Source: Thermodesulfobacteriota bacterium (GTDB taxonomy: Bacteria; Desulfobacterota; Desulfobulbia; Desulfobulbales; SURF-16). From it: a stretch of 64,000 nt of DNA. The notes under the pieces were generated by a model. That model made no database searches. It saw only the letters and a program-made list of their open reading frames with translations, and was not told the origin of the DNA. Made by a program: the position numbers and the translations under genes. The DNA lies in contig JBFMAY010000017.1 in assembly GCA_040755455.1 (NCBI GenBank), positions 10,580-74,579 of the forward strand, in the 5' to 3' direction. This document shows positions 31,724-41,714 of this stretch, piece by piece (positions within the stretch are counted from its first letter, which is position 1; the number at the start of each line of letters is the position of its first letter).

Positions 31724-32812
31724 TTATCCGCCGAAACAGATGCCGATTTCCCGGGCGGTCAGCACCTTATCGCTGTCCAACGGGACTTTTTTGCGGCTTT
31801 TTATCGCATCGGCAAGAGGAACGGAACACATCTGGTCTCCTCCCAGGGCAACCATCTGGTCAAAATTCTCGCTTTCCGCCAGGCGGACCGCCGTCGCGCC
31901 GAAACGCAGGGCCAGCAGCCGGTCAAAGGTGGTCGGCGAGCCACCGCGCTGCAGATGGCCTAGCACTAGGGATCTGGTGTCTTTTCCCGTCCGTTTGTTG
32001 ATTTCCTTGGCCACCCACTCGCCGATCCCACCCAGCACCTTCTCGGCCCGGCCGACCTCGCCATCACCCTTGTAAATGGTTTGCTGATCAATGGCCCTCG
32101 CCCCTTCCGCCACGACGACGATGTCATAATGCTTGTCCAGCAGTTCATTGTCGTTTATTTTTTCACAGACCGCATCGAGGTCGAAGGGTATTTCCGGAAT
32201 GAGGATAACATCGGCTCCGCCTGAGATGCCGGAATTCAAGGCGATCCAGCCGGAATCCCGGCCCATGACCTCGACCACCATTACCCGGTCATGGGATTTG
32301 GCTGTTGAGTGGAGTTTGTCCAGTGCCTCTGTCGCCGTGGAAACAGCCGTGTCAAAACCAAAAGTCAACTGGGTTGCCAGCAGGTCGTTGTCAATGGTTT
32401 TCGGCACGCCGATAACCGGCATGCCTTTTTCCGTGGCAAACCGGTGGGCGATTTCCAGACTGCCGTCTCCGCCTATCGCAATGTGGCATGAAAAGTTCAT
32501 GCGGAGAAAATTTCTCATGATCCGATCGGAAACATCGCGGATCTGAATCTCGCCGGCCAGGTTTTCAACAGGCATGGCAAAGGGGTTCCCTTTGTTGGTT
32601 GATCCCAGTATCGTTCCTCCAGTAGGGGTGATGTCCGCCACATCCTCAGGCCGCAATCTGACAAGCTGGTCCTTATCCAGCAGGCCGAGATACCCCTGGC
32701 GGCTGCCGTAAACCTCCCAGCCCCTGGAATTGGAGGCCATTACTACTGCATAGATGACGGCATTCAAGCCAGGAGCATCACCACCGCCGGTTGAAATAAC
32801 AATTTTTTTCAT
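31724..32812 (-). CDS. pfkA: 6-phosphofructokinase (ATP-type GGDG motif)
   Basis: TGGGDAPGLN, GGDGS, PKTIDND, EVMGR. Confidence 0.93.
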   Translation of the reverse strand: MKKIVISTGGGDAPGLNAVIYAVVMASNSRGWEVYGSRQGYLGLLDKDQLVRLRPEDVADITPTGGTILGSTNKGNPFAMPVENLAGEIQIRDVSDRIMRNFLRMNFSCHIAIGGDGSLEIAHRFATEKGMPVIGVPKTIDNDLLATQLTFGFDTAVSTATEALDKLHSTAKSHDRVMVVEVMGRDSGWIALNSGISGGADVILIPEIPFDLDAVCEKINDNELLDKHYDIVVVAEGARAIDQQTIYKGDGEVGRAEKVLGGIGEWVAKEINKRTGKDTRSLVLGHLQRGGSPTTFDRLLALRFGATAVRLAESENFDQMVALGGDQMCSVPLADAIKSRKKVPLDSDKVLTAREIGICFGG

Positions 32813-33138
32813 TGCATATCCCTGATTGATTGTTGAGAAAAAAATTTCTATTCAATTTATTTCTGATTATAGAGGGTTAGCTTCCCCCATGCAAATAATT
32901 GTCGCGGTTTTTTCATTTTTAGCCAGTGACCATTATATTGACTTATGATGGTTTATTACTTATTATTTGAGTAAATATTATCATCTTGTACAGTTTTTAG
33001 TTTGGGTGGGCGCGGGCTCAAGGCGCTCCAGCAAAGACAGTGTAACACGTTGTTTTGAATAATTTAACTTTAAATTCACAATTTGTTATTTTTGCATATT
33101 TCTACTTATTTTCAATTTTATCGAGGAGGTTTTCCACC

Positions 33139-33468
33139 ATGTTGAATGTTACAGCGCTGGCTATTAAGAATCTGAAAGCGTATCTGGAGCAGAATAATAT
33201 TGATTCTGCCATCCGGGTTGCCTTGATGCAGGGCGGCTGAGCCGGGCCATCTCTTGGCTTGGCTCTGGATGAGCCGAAAAATTCCGACAAGGTTTTTGAT
33301 CATGAAAATTTGAAATTTCTGGTTGAAGCAAGTTTACTGAACACATGCGGCAGCATTAAGGTTGATTTCATTGATGCCGGTCCACGATCAGGATTTGCCA
33401 TCTCTTCCAGTATGCCCTTGGGTGGTAAATCCGCCTGTGGTGGTTCATGCGGCAGCACCTGCGGATGA
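33139..33468 (+). CDS. HesB/IscA-like protein, probable selenoprotein (in-frame UGA at 33238-33240)
   Basis: GAGGAGG RBS; MQGG-[TGA]-AGPSLGLALDEP continues in frame, matching the GG(C/U)xG motif; Cys-rich C-terminus. Confidence 0.85.
33241..33277 (+). promoter_or_regulatory. candidate bacterial SECIS element
   Basis: TTGGCTC-TGGAT-GAGCCGA hairpin; G-containing apical loop starts 26 nt after the UGA. Confidence 0.6.
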
Positions 33469-33492
33469 TGCAGGCTGAAAAATAATAAAAAG

Positions 33493-33521
33493 AAAGCCTC
33501 GCCTTCTGGCGGGGCTTTTTT
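33493..33521 (+). terminator. intrinsic terminator
   Basis: AAAGCCTCGCC-TTCT-GGCGGGGCTTTTTT. Confidence 0.8.
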
Positions 33522-33583
33522 GTTTCCGTCCCCCATCTTTTTCCGGATTCGTCTGTGGCACATTGCAGTTTATCTCTGTCATT

Positions 33584-34744
33584 ATGAAAATTCACGAATA
33601 TCAGGCCAAGGAACTCTTCCGCAGATACGCCGTGCCGGTACCCCAAGGTGGAACGGCCGCCACGGTGGATGAGGCGCTGGTTGTTGCCGAGGCAATCCAC
33701 GCTTATCCGCTGGTTGTCAAAGCACAGATCCATGCCGGCGGCAGGGGCAGGGGCGGGGGGGTGAAGTTTGCCGCCAACCGTGACGAGTTGCAGCAGGCGG
33801 CGGGTGAAATCCTCGGCATGACGCTGGTCACACCCCAGACCGGCCCGGAAGGCCGGCTTGTGCGAAGGGTTTTGATTGAGCAGGCGGCGGAAATCCGGCA
33901 GGAGCTTTATCTCTCTCTGCTGCCGGACCGCGCCACGGCGACAATTGTCATCATGGCAAGTTCCGCAGGCGGCATGGCTATCGAGGAAACAGCCGCCACG
34001 CTGCCTGCCAGCATCATCAAGGTGAGCGTGAACCCCCTGCAGGGTCTGCAGCCCCATCATATCCGTCAGCTGTTGTTCGGCCTCGATATCGCGCCGGACA
34101 GGATGAAGGAGTGGTCGGCCCTTTTCTCCTCGCTGTATCGTCTTTTTGTTGAAAACGACTGTTTGCTGCTCGAGATTAATCCGCTGGTCATCACCGGCAG
34201 CGGTTCACCCCTGGCGGTGGACGCCAAGATTGATCTGGACGGCAATGCCCTTTTCCGCCATCCGGACTTGCGGAAATATCTCGATAGCAATGAAGAGGAC
34301 GCCATTGAGGCAAGGGCCCGGGAGTATAATCTCAACTATATCAAATTGTCCGGCAATGTCGGCAATATGGTGAATGGGGCGGGGCTTGCCATGGCAACCA
34401 TGGACATCATAAAAAAAACCGGGGCCGAGCCTGCCAATTTTCTTGACGTGGGCGGCGGCGCAACCGCGGAAATGGTGGAAAAGGGATTTGAGATCATTGC
34501 AAGCGATCAAAACGTCACAGGGATCTTCATCAATATCTTCGGCGGTATCCTCCGCTGTGATGTATTGGCCAGCGGTATCGTCGAAGCGGTGAAAAAGACC
34601 GGCGTTGCCGTCCCGCTGGTGATCCGCATGGAAGGGACCAATGTCGAACAGGGCAGGAAGATACTGGCCGAGTCCGGACTGCGGCTGACAATCGCGGTGG
34701 ATCTGGCCGATGCGGCAGCCAAAGTTGCGGAGATGGTTGCATGA
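33584..34744 (+). CDS. sucC: succinyl-CoA synthetase beta subunit
   Basis: [36 protein letters not shown]. Confidence 0.95.
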   Translation: MKIHEYQAKELFRRYAVPVPQGGTAATVDEALVVAEAIHAYPLVVKAQIHAGGRGRGGGVKFAANRDELQQAAGEILGMTLVTPQTGPEGRLVRRVLIEQAAEIRQELYLSLLPDRATATIVIMASSAGGMAIEETAATLPASIIKVSVNPLQGLQPHHIRQLLFGLDIAPDRMKEWSALFSSLYRLFVENDCLLLEINPLVITGSGSPLAVDAKIDLDGNALFRHPDLRKYLDSNEEDAIEARAREYNLNYIKLSGNVGNMVNGAGLAMATMDIIKKTGAEPANFLDVGGGATAEMVEKGFEIIASDQNVTGIFINIFGGILRCDVLASGIVEAVKKTGVAVPLVIRMEGTNVEQGRKILAESGLRLTIAVDLADAAAKVAEMVA

Positions 34745-35619
34745 GCATATTTGTCGACCAGTCCACCCGTCTTCTCGTGCAGGGTATCACCGGCCGGGAA
34801 GGCCAGTTCCATACCAGACAGTGCCTGGACTATGGCAGCCGGATCGTGGCAGGGGTTACCCCGGGCAAGGGCGGGACCGCGGTCAGCGGCATTCCTGTCT
34901 TTAACACGGTGCGGGCCGCAGTGGCCGCAACCGCCGCCAATGCCAGTATGATTTTCGTTCCCCCAACCTTTGCCGCCGACGCCATCTGCGAGGCGGCTGA
35001 TGGCGGGGTGCAACTCATCATCTGCATCACCGAGGGTATCCCGGTGCTTGACATGCTCATGGTGAAAAATTACCTGACGCTGACCAAGGCACGGCTCATC
35101 GGCCCCAATTGCCCGGGCATCATCAGCCCGGGCCTCTGCAAGGCAGGCATCATGCCCGGAGCAATCCACCGGCCGGGTGGCCCCATCGGTGTCGTTTCCC
35201 GGTCCGGCACCCTGACCTATGAAGTGGTGCACCAGTTGACCAGGCAGGGTATCGGTCAGACCACCTGCCTCGGCATCGGCGGTGATCCGGTGATCGGCAC
35301 ATCCTTTATTGACTGTCTGGAGGCATTTGAACAGGATTCCTCAACCAGCGGTGTTGTCATGGTAGGGGAAATCGGCGGTCATGCCGAAGAGGATGCCGCC
35401 GTATATGTGAAGGGAAACATGGCGAAGCCCGTGGTGGGATTTGTCGCCGGCCTTACTGCCCCTCCGGGCCGCAGGATGGGCCATGCCGGCGCCATCGTCA
35501 GCGGCGGCAGGGGAACGGCCCAGGGGAAAATTGCCGCCATGCGTTCAGGCGGCATCCATGTCTGTGAGGATCTGGGCAGCCTGGGTGAGTTCTGCAAGGA
35601 AATATTCAGCCGCGCTTAA
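34741..35619 (+). CDS. sucD: succinyl-CoA synthetase alpha subunit
   Basis: [27 protein letters not shown]. Confidence 0.96.
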   Translation: MSIFVDQSTRLLVQGITGREGQFHTRQCLDYGSRIVAGVTPGKGGTAVSGIPVFNTVRAAVAATAANASMIFVPPTFAADAICEAADGGVQLIICITEGIPVLDMLMVKNYLTLTKARLIGPNCPGIISPGLCKAGIMPGAIHRPGGPIGVVSRSGTLTYEVVHQLTRQGIGQTTCLGIGGDPVIGTSFIDCLEAFEQDSSTSGVVMVGEIGGHAEEDAAVYVKGNMAKPVVGFVAGLTAPPGRRMGHAGAIVSGGRGTAQGKIAAMRSGGIHVCEDLGSLGEFCKEIFSRA

Positions 35620-35723
35620 AAACCACCTATCTTATCGAGCTATAGGCGAAGCAGCATTTCTGCCTCGTCATTTGCAGCTTGCCAACATGTCGGCAATATG
35701 CTAAAAAAGGCATTCAATTTCAT

Positions 35724-35811
35724 GCCCGGATGGCGGAATAGGTAGACGCAAGGGACTTAAAATCCCTCGACCTTTATGGTTGTACGGGTTCGACTCCCGT
35801 CCCGGGCACCA
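35724..35811 (+). tRNA. tRNA-Leu (UAA)
   Basis: acceptor stem GCCCGGA/CCCGGGC, anticodon loop CTTAAAA, long variable arm, GGTTCGACTCC T-arm, encoded CCA. Confidence 0.95.
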
Positions 35812-35927
35812 GTAAAAAGAAGGGTTTAAGCCGATATTTCAAAGGCTTAATCCCTTTTCCTTTTTCATCACCTCGATTAATCTTTTGACTTATTCTGACT
35901 TTTAATGCTATTATTTGCTCCGTCAAG

Positions 35928-35949
35928 TGGAACAAAAATGGAACAAAAA
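35928..35949 (+). repeat. tandem 11-bp repeat, candidate integrase arm-type sites
   Basis: TGGAACAAAAA x2 between the tRNA and the integrase start. Confidence 0.5.
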
Positions 35950-35964
35950 AGCATAGCGGAGACC

Positions 35965-37017
35965 ATGGCACGGATTATCGCACGCAAAGGAAAGAAGAAA
36001 ACAACGTTCACGGCCACTGTTCGGATGAAAGGTTATGAATCTGTAAGCCGCACTTTCGACACCAAGGGCGAAGCGAAAGCATGGGCTTCCGGAATTGAAT
36101 CGGATATGAAGGGGCGCAGATTCAAGGATCCGCGTCGTGCCAACCAGACACTAGACGACGCGCTGACCCGTTACCTGGAGACAGTGACAACTAAAAAGGC
36201 CAGCACCACTCAGGAGCGCGAACGAAGACTTGCCAAGGTTCTTAAAATTCATTTAGGGGAGAACACGCTTCTTCCCGACATAACCCCTTCGGTTGTCGCG
36301 GGTTTTCGAGACCAGCGGCTTTCCGAGGTCTCGTCTTACGCTGTGCGCCTGGAACTCGCTCTTCTTTCCCACCTTTTCAAAAAGGCGATTAAAGAGTGGG
36401 AACTTCCCATCGAAAATCCGGTTGACGCCATTGAGCGCCCGAAGGTCCCCAAGGGTAGAATTATTTTTCTCAAAGAGGACGAAGCAAAAAAATTACTGGA
36501 TTCATGTCGGGCCAGCAGAAATAAGATGCTCTACCCTTATGTCCTGGTTTTGCTTCACAGTGCTATGCGCCCAAGCGAGGCGGCAGGCCTGCGCTGGAGT
36601 CAGATCGATCTGCAAAGTCGATCATTGACCCTTTATGTAACTAAAACAGAGCCGCGCACCGTTCCCCTGACCATGGCCGTCATAGCAGCTCTGCAGGAGA
36701 TAAAGGAAAAAAGCGATGACAACGGCTTTGTATTTTTTAAAGAAGAGGGGAGAAGTCAACAGGCCCGCAACATACCTTCTTCCAGGTTCAGACCGGCTTT
36801 TGACAAGGCTCGTGAAAGGGCGGGGTTGCCGAAATTGCATATGCATGACTTACGTCACACCGCCGCAAGTCACCTGCTGATGGCCGGCACAGACCTTCGC
36901 ACCTTAGCAGCCATTCTTGGACACAGCACCCTGCAGATGGTACTGCGTTACACCCACCTGCTCGATGAACATAAACTGAACGCTGTAGATCGCATAAACT
37001 CATTCGGTATTGAATGA
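35965..37017 (+). CDS. tyrosine recombinase/integrase
   Basis: catalytic R (AMRPSE), HDLRH, LGH, RYTH; start set at ATG 35965 after GGAG. Confidence 0.93.
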   Translation: MARIIARKGKKKTTFTATVRMKGYESVSRTFDTKGEAKAWASGIESDMKGRRFKDPRRANQTLDDALTRYLETVTTKKASTTQERERRLAKVLKIHLGENTLLPDITPSVVAGFRDQRLSEVSSYAVRLELALLSHLFKKAIKEWELPIENPVDAIERPKVPKGRIIFLKEDEAKKLLDSCRASRNKMLYPYVLVLLHSAMRPSEAAGLRWSQIDLQSRSLTLYVTKTEPRTVPLTMAVIAALQEIKEKSDDNGFVFFKEEGRSQQARNIPSSRFRPAFDKARERAGLPKLHMHDLRHTAASHLLMAGTDLRTLAAILGHSTLQMVLRYTHLLDEHKLNAVDRINSFGIE

Positions 37018-37033
37018 GTCTTTCCGGGACTGG

Positions 37034-37312
37034 TTATTTCGCGGCCTCAGCCAGTTTGCTACCGGCCTTGAACTTGACTACCTTCCGGGCCGGAATATTG
37101 ATGGTCTTGCCGGTCTGAGGATTACGGCCTTCACGGGCGGCACGTTCGGACACGGAAAATGTCCCAAAACCAACCAAAGTTACCTTATCTCCCGCTGACA
37201 CAGCATCCGAGATCGAACCGAGAACACTGTTCAAGGCCTGTTCGGCCGCCGCTTTACTCAAACCACAATCCTGCGCTACTTTTTCTACCAAATCACCTTT
37301 ATTCATGGCCAT
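37034..37312 (-). CDS. HU-family DNA-binding protein
   Basis: MNKGDL...GFGTF...REGRNPQTG...KFKAG. Confidence 0.95.
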   Translation of the reverse strand: MAMNKGDLVEKVAQDCGLSKAAAEQALNSVLGSISDAVSAGDKVTLVGFGTFSVSERAAREGRNPQTGKTINIPARKVVKFKAGSKLAEAAK

Positions 37313-37410
37313 CTCCTATATGCCCTTGCGGGTATTTTTTGAATTTCTGAAATATTTACATCGGGATAGTTTTCCTGCTCAGATAGCAGAATCACCTGCT
37401 CATGGCAAGT

Positions 37411-37773
37411 TTATGCGCTATCGACCGCATCTTCGGTTTTCATGAATTCTTTGATCTCCCGTGGCGTGTAATAGCGGAATTGGATCCGTTTGCTCAGTTT
37501 GGCGGTATAATCCGAAAAGGCCATGACAATATCCCTGCCCTCGGCCATCAGCTTTTCACCTTCCTCGTGAGAGATCCCGTTCATCTCGCCCAATCGGGCC
37601 TTGAAATGGGTATAGGCCATATCGAATTGGCGCAGGATGTTGAAAAGCGTCGAGCCCAGCGGTGAATTGATCTTCAAGACCCGCGAGCCCCGCTCCTTGA
37701 CCATGTTGATCTTTCTTTCCTGGATCTCCTGCCAGGTTGGTTTTTCCTGTTTGCTGTCGCTTTCGTCGGTCAT
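37411..37773 (-). CDS. hypothetical protein, possibly AcaB/DUF1845-like ICE regulator
   Basis: INSP...ILRQFD pattern and context; family call is weak. Confidence 0.45.
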   Translation of the reverse strand: MTDESDSKQEKPTWQEIQERKINMVKERGSRVLKINSPLGSTLFNILRQFDMAYTHFKARLGEMNGISHEEGEKLMAEGRDIVMAFSDYTAKLSKRIQFRYYTPREIKEFMKTEDAVDSA

Positions 37774-37789
37774 TTTTTAATCCCCCTTT

Positions 37790-38512
37790 TTATCGTGCTG
37801 AAATAATTTTCGCGTTCCTCTTGATCCTATGTCGATGCCACAGGTCCAGCAGATAAACCGATCCATACGGAAAAATCGCCGCCACCACCATGAGTACGGC
37901 GCTTTCGGTGGCCACCGGCAGCAAATACGGTTTTATCTCGAAGAACCCATAATATATTTTCTCGGCCCTGGACCCGAACCATTGAGACCCCTTCCAGATA
38001 TTCACCGGCGTACTCACCCTGAAAATGATCAGATACATGACATAAAGCAGGAAGGCCTTGAGCAGCAGGGACATCACCCTGCCCATGAGCAGCGAATTGA
38101 TGCTCTTCCTGGTGATGTTGCCTACGTAATACCGGCTTATGTAGCTGCACATCAGGGTGTTGATGATTAGGACCAGGTATGGGACGCAGCCGAACAGGAT
38201 GCGGCTGACCAAATCGAGTTTTTGAAAAACAAAGGGGAAGAGATAAAAATGGAAGACCGGAAAGAGGAAGATTAAGGCCACCCCCTCGTGAAAGCCGCTC
38301 TTCACGCCGATTTTGAAAAAATCAAGCGTCCGCTCCAGGGTAAGAAATTCAGCCGGAATGTTCTGGCCTTTGCCCTCGATCACGTAAAATTGCTGGATCT
38401 CGGAGATAGCGTTCAAGAGATTCCTGGGCTTATAAACCCGCCCGGCATCGGTAGTGATAATCTGGGCATTGGTGTCGTTTGCGCCTTTGCCGCTGTCCTT
38501 TCCCCGTGTCAT
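37790..38512 (-). CDS. multi-pass membrane protein of the ICE
   Basis: about four hydrophobic segments; same strand as relaxase and coupling protein. Confidence 0.65.
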   Translation of the reverse strand: MTRGKDSGKGANDTNAQIITTDAGRVYKPRNLLNAISEIQQFYVIEGKGQNIPAEFLTLERTLDFFKIGVKSGFHEGVALIFLFPVFHFYLFPFVFQKLDLVSRILFGCVPYLVLIINTLMCSYISRYYVGNITRKSINSLLMGRVMSLLLKAFLLYVMYLIIFRVSTPVNIWKGSQWFGSRAEKIYYGFFEIKPYLLPVATESAVLMVVAAIFPYGSVYLLDLWHRHRIKRNAKIISAR

Positions 38513-38809
38513 TTTGATCCCTTGCCATACTTTTGGAAAAAAATTATAACAACCTATCTGCTATTTCCCGCAAGGATGACATTTTGTGGAAACAGACTTT
38601 ATCGTGTGTGAGTGTTTCTACATATCACGAAAATTGCGTTACTAAGATGGTAGTTTAGCTGGAGAACATTGATGAACAATAAAAACTTGAGTCATTTTAA
38701 TGAATTGTCCGGATAGCCGATAGTCAGCCCAATGTTACTCCAAGTAACTCACTTTTTAATCATATACCGATCTACTGAATAACTTGACCCCATTGGCCTT
38801 CAATAAAAT

Positions 38810-40084
38810 ATGCCTGAATCAGCAATTAGAATATTCAGTCCCACCAAAGGAATCCTAAACGAAAGCATTTCTGCTATTGATATTAAGGGCCGTGAAGACG
38901 CAAGAAAAATTGGCCCTTTTTGCAATAGCCAGAGGGAGCTAATGCATTGGGTGCGTTGGTATGAAAAATCCAACGGCAAAAAGGTAAGACCTCATTTTAA
39001 AACGTATGGAAACAAGACACGCTCAATAAGGCACCTGTCGAAGATTATCACCACAGAAGTTGAAGAAATCGAAAATGAAAAAAAATTAGACATTCACAAA
39101 AAGACACAAGAAGTTCTTCTCAAAGTAATTAAAAAATTAATTTCAGAAAACAAACCAATAAATTGGGCATTTAATGACAGCAGGTTGTCAGATTTTCCTT
39201 TGACTGGGAATTTATTGAGTGAGGTGGTAGACGCACAGAAGGAATATAAAATATCACCTCCATTCACGAACTATTACCATTTGGATATCGCATTAATTGG
39301 GAAGGTTATACATTCTAAACCGGCATTACTCGGTGCCATTGAGATTGAAAATACTCATGAGGTCGATCTTCTAAAAACATTACTCGTCAAGTCACTAGGT
39401 TTTCCTCTCCTCACAGTCGATATAAAAGATATTCGCTATAAGGAAATTACAGAAGATTGGTGTTTGCAAAGACTTACAGAAACGACATATGACTCAGAGG
39501 ACAATCGCAGAAGAAATTATGTATATCTTCATAACATGCTTTATCCTGTTTTCCTCGCAAACCACGAAGGTTGGGAGATTGCCACGAAACACCAATACAT
39601 TATATTCGTTATTGAAAATGAATTTGATCATCTTTGTAATACAATTGATTTGCTAAAAGGATCTTTAGGATTATCCAATGAATCTATTTCTTTGATGCCT
39701 GTGAAAATTAATGAATACGATAAAGGGTCAATCACTCAGTTCGAAAATGAGGGAGCTCTAGCTGGGCCGAGTTGGAGAAAATATAATGAGAAAAGGTTTA
39801 TAAGGTTGGTAGTGGAACGCCCTATTAACAAGCGAGGTAATATTTACCTTTTCCACCTCGTTCTGACCCAACTGTTAACATTACGATACAAATGTTTGGT
39901 GGGTTACAAAGTCAATTCAGGGAAAAGCAATTGGGATCACGAAGAAGCGATATGGCGTATATCACGTAGGCACTTTAATCCAGACGGGAATCCTAAATAT
40001 ACTTTTGAAAAAAAGCGTTTTTGCCCCAAAAGAGTATCTGAACCCATTAACGAGATTCTTTCAGCGATTCCTAATGCATGTTAA
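38810..40084 (+). CDS. AT-rich hypothetical protein with PD-(D/E)xK/CoiA-like nuclease motifs
   Basis: RPHF...EY...LDIAL...AIEIENTH; opposite strand to its neighbours. Confidence 0.55.
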   Translation: MPESAIRIFSPTKGILNESISAIDIKGREDARKIGPFCNSQRELMHWVRWYEKSNGKKVRPHFKTYGNKTRSIRHLSKIITTEVEEIENEKKLDIHKKTQEVLLKVIKKLISENKPINWAFNDSRLSDFPLTGNLLSEVVDAQKEYKISPPFTNYYHLDIALIGKVIHSKPALLGAIEIENTHEVDLLKTLLVKSLGFPLLTVDIKDIRYKEITEDWCLQRLTETTYDSEDNRRRNYVYLHNMLYPVFLANHEGWEIATKHQYIIFVIENEFDHLCNTIDLLKGSLGLSNESISLMPVKINEYDKGSITQFENEGALAGPSWRKYNEKRFIRLVVERPINKRGNIYLFHLVLTQLLTLRYKCLVGYKVNSGKSNWDHEEAIWRISRRHFNPDGNPKYTFEKKRFCPKRVSEPINEILSAIPNAC

Positions 40085-40229
40085 AAGCAATAGACTAACA
40101 AGAAGTTGGCCTAACTAATGAGGTCATTACTTGAATATTTCAATACGAAAGAAAATCATGAAAAAATCCAATGAAACTACCAAGAAAGGCGCAAAAGGTC
40201 GAACCTCAAGCATTAAATTGAAATCGCTA

Positions 40230-41714
40230 CTATGCCCCAACCTCATCGTTCAGATATGGTTTGACTGACTGAATATTTCGCAGTGTGTCGGACTTATTCT
40301 GTTCCATCTCGGCAATCGAGCCGAAGGCCTCGGCATGAAACGGCGTGTAATACCCCTTCATGCTTTTGCCGATCTTCTTGGTGACCGTAAAATAGCCGCC
40401 AAAAAAATTGTCCTTGATGAGCCCCCTGGCAATAATGTCGTTTTCACTGCGGAGTTGTTGGACAATGGTCAACAGGACCTGCCGCATTGTGGGGTCCTTC
40501 TGGGCCATGGTGGCAATCTCCATGCATCCGGCCCTCTCCGACTGTTTTCTGGCCACCTCTTCGAGCACCTTGGTCTGGAAATAGACGTGGCCGTCCGGCA
40601 TGGAAAAAGCCAGAAACCGCCTGCCGAACATCTTGTTGATGTACGGTTTCAACTCTCCCAGAAATTGCTCGGCGTCGAACCAGGCTGAAATGTCCATCAA
40701 CTCCGGAATATCCGAAACATCGTCTGCCTTGTCTGCTTTCTCACTGTCACCATAAATGTCGATCTGAGCCTGCCAGGCCGCCGCGGCTCTTTGGGGGGTA
40801 TCTTGCCGGGCTGGTTCGGGCGCTATTTTCTCCTCGTTCGCCTTTCCATTATGGGGCGTCGACTCCTCGACATTATCCTTGTTCGATTCCGGCGTGGCCA
40901 CAAGCTCGGCAATCTTCTCCAGCTCTTTCTGCCGGGCCAGTTGGTCTGCTTTTTTGAGGGTCTTTCCCAGAAGTCCGTCGGGCCTTTTGTGGTGCAGGTT
41001 GATGGCCCGCAAGATTTCATCTTTTCTTGGCAACCCTTGAAAGCCTGCAAGCCGGCTCAGAGGTAGGCCCGCGGCCAGGGGATGTTCACCTGTGGAATAC
41101 AAATGTCCTCGTAAAGATTGAAGCTTCCCCAGGTCATGACCAAGGGCGGCAATCATGGTGTCGGGAATGACATGCCAGGATTCGTTTTCGCCAAGCAGTC
41201 GCACCACCTGCTCGGCCACGTTCAGCGAATGATCGAGAAGGGTTGTTCTGGCAAGAAGCTGATAGGTGTTTTCATCCCAACTGCCCTCGACGTCGCCATT
41301 CATGCTGACCACCGACGGACAATTTCCTTCCTGGTCGAGCATCTGCAAAATCTGACCGCAAACCGCCTTTTGCAGCGCCGCTTTCTGAAACCAGGATTCT
41401 TGGCGCACATATCTTTCCATAAACGATGCGGCCCGTTGGTTCTTCAACTCAGGCAGTCTCAAATCCAGCGCGGCGATCAGTTTTTCATCACGCCACAGAG
41501 AAGACAGTTCCGAGATGTGGATGGTCTTTGTTCCGGTTTCTTTTTTCGTCCAGATGCCTGACAGCTCGCGCAGGGTCATTTCTCTGACCAGGGGCGGGCT
41601 TTTCCTTTTTCCGAAGACCAATACAGCGGTTGCCACGGAAAACAAAAAAATCACCAACCACAACAGGCCATTTCCCAGATCCGCCGACTCTATCCAGCGA
41701 TGCACCAACTCCAC
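40230..41714 (-). CDS. HD-domain relaxase (MOBH/TraI_2-like)
   Basis: LLDHSL...AALGHDLGK...EHPL; coupled to the T4CP stop; N-terminal hydrophobic segment. Confidence 0.7.
   Translation of the reverse strand: MELVHRWIESADLGNGLLWLVIFLFSVATAVLVFGKRKSPPLVREMTLRELSGIWTKKETGTKTIHISELSSLWRDEKLIAALDLRLPELKNQRAASFMERYVRQESWFQKAALQKAVCGQILQMLDQEGNCPSVVSMNGDVEGSWDENTYQLLARTTLLDHSLNVAEQVVRLLGENESWHVIPDTMIAALGHDLGKLQSLRGHLYSTGEHPLAAGLPLSRLAGFQGLPRKDEILRAINLHHKRPDGLLGKTLKKADQLARQKELEKIAELVATPESNKDNVEESTPHNGKANEEKIAPEPARQDTPQRAAAAWQAQIDIYGDSEKADKADDVSDIPELMDISAWFDAEQFLGELKPYINKMFGRRFLAFSMPDGHVYFQTKVLEEVARKQSERAGCMEIATMAQKDPTMRQVLLTIVQQLRSENDIIARGLIKDNFFGGYFTVTKKIGKSMKGYYTPFHAEAFGSIAEMEQNKSDTLRNIQSVKPYLNDEVGA

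Noticed and set aside
33466..33471. Second Sec codon (TGA TGC) at the end of the HesB-like gene
   Set aside because: A terminator follows within about 25 nt and the read-through sequence looks non-coding, so this TGA is most simply the stop.
40085..40130. attC after the AT-rich nuclease gene (GACTAAC, GCCTAAC)
   Set aside because: R''-like heptamers are present, but I could not find matching L' and R' boxes.
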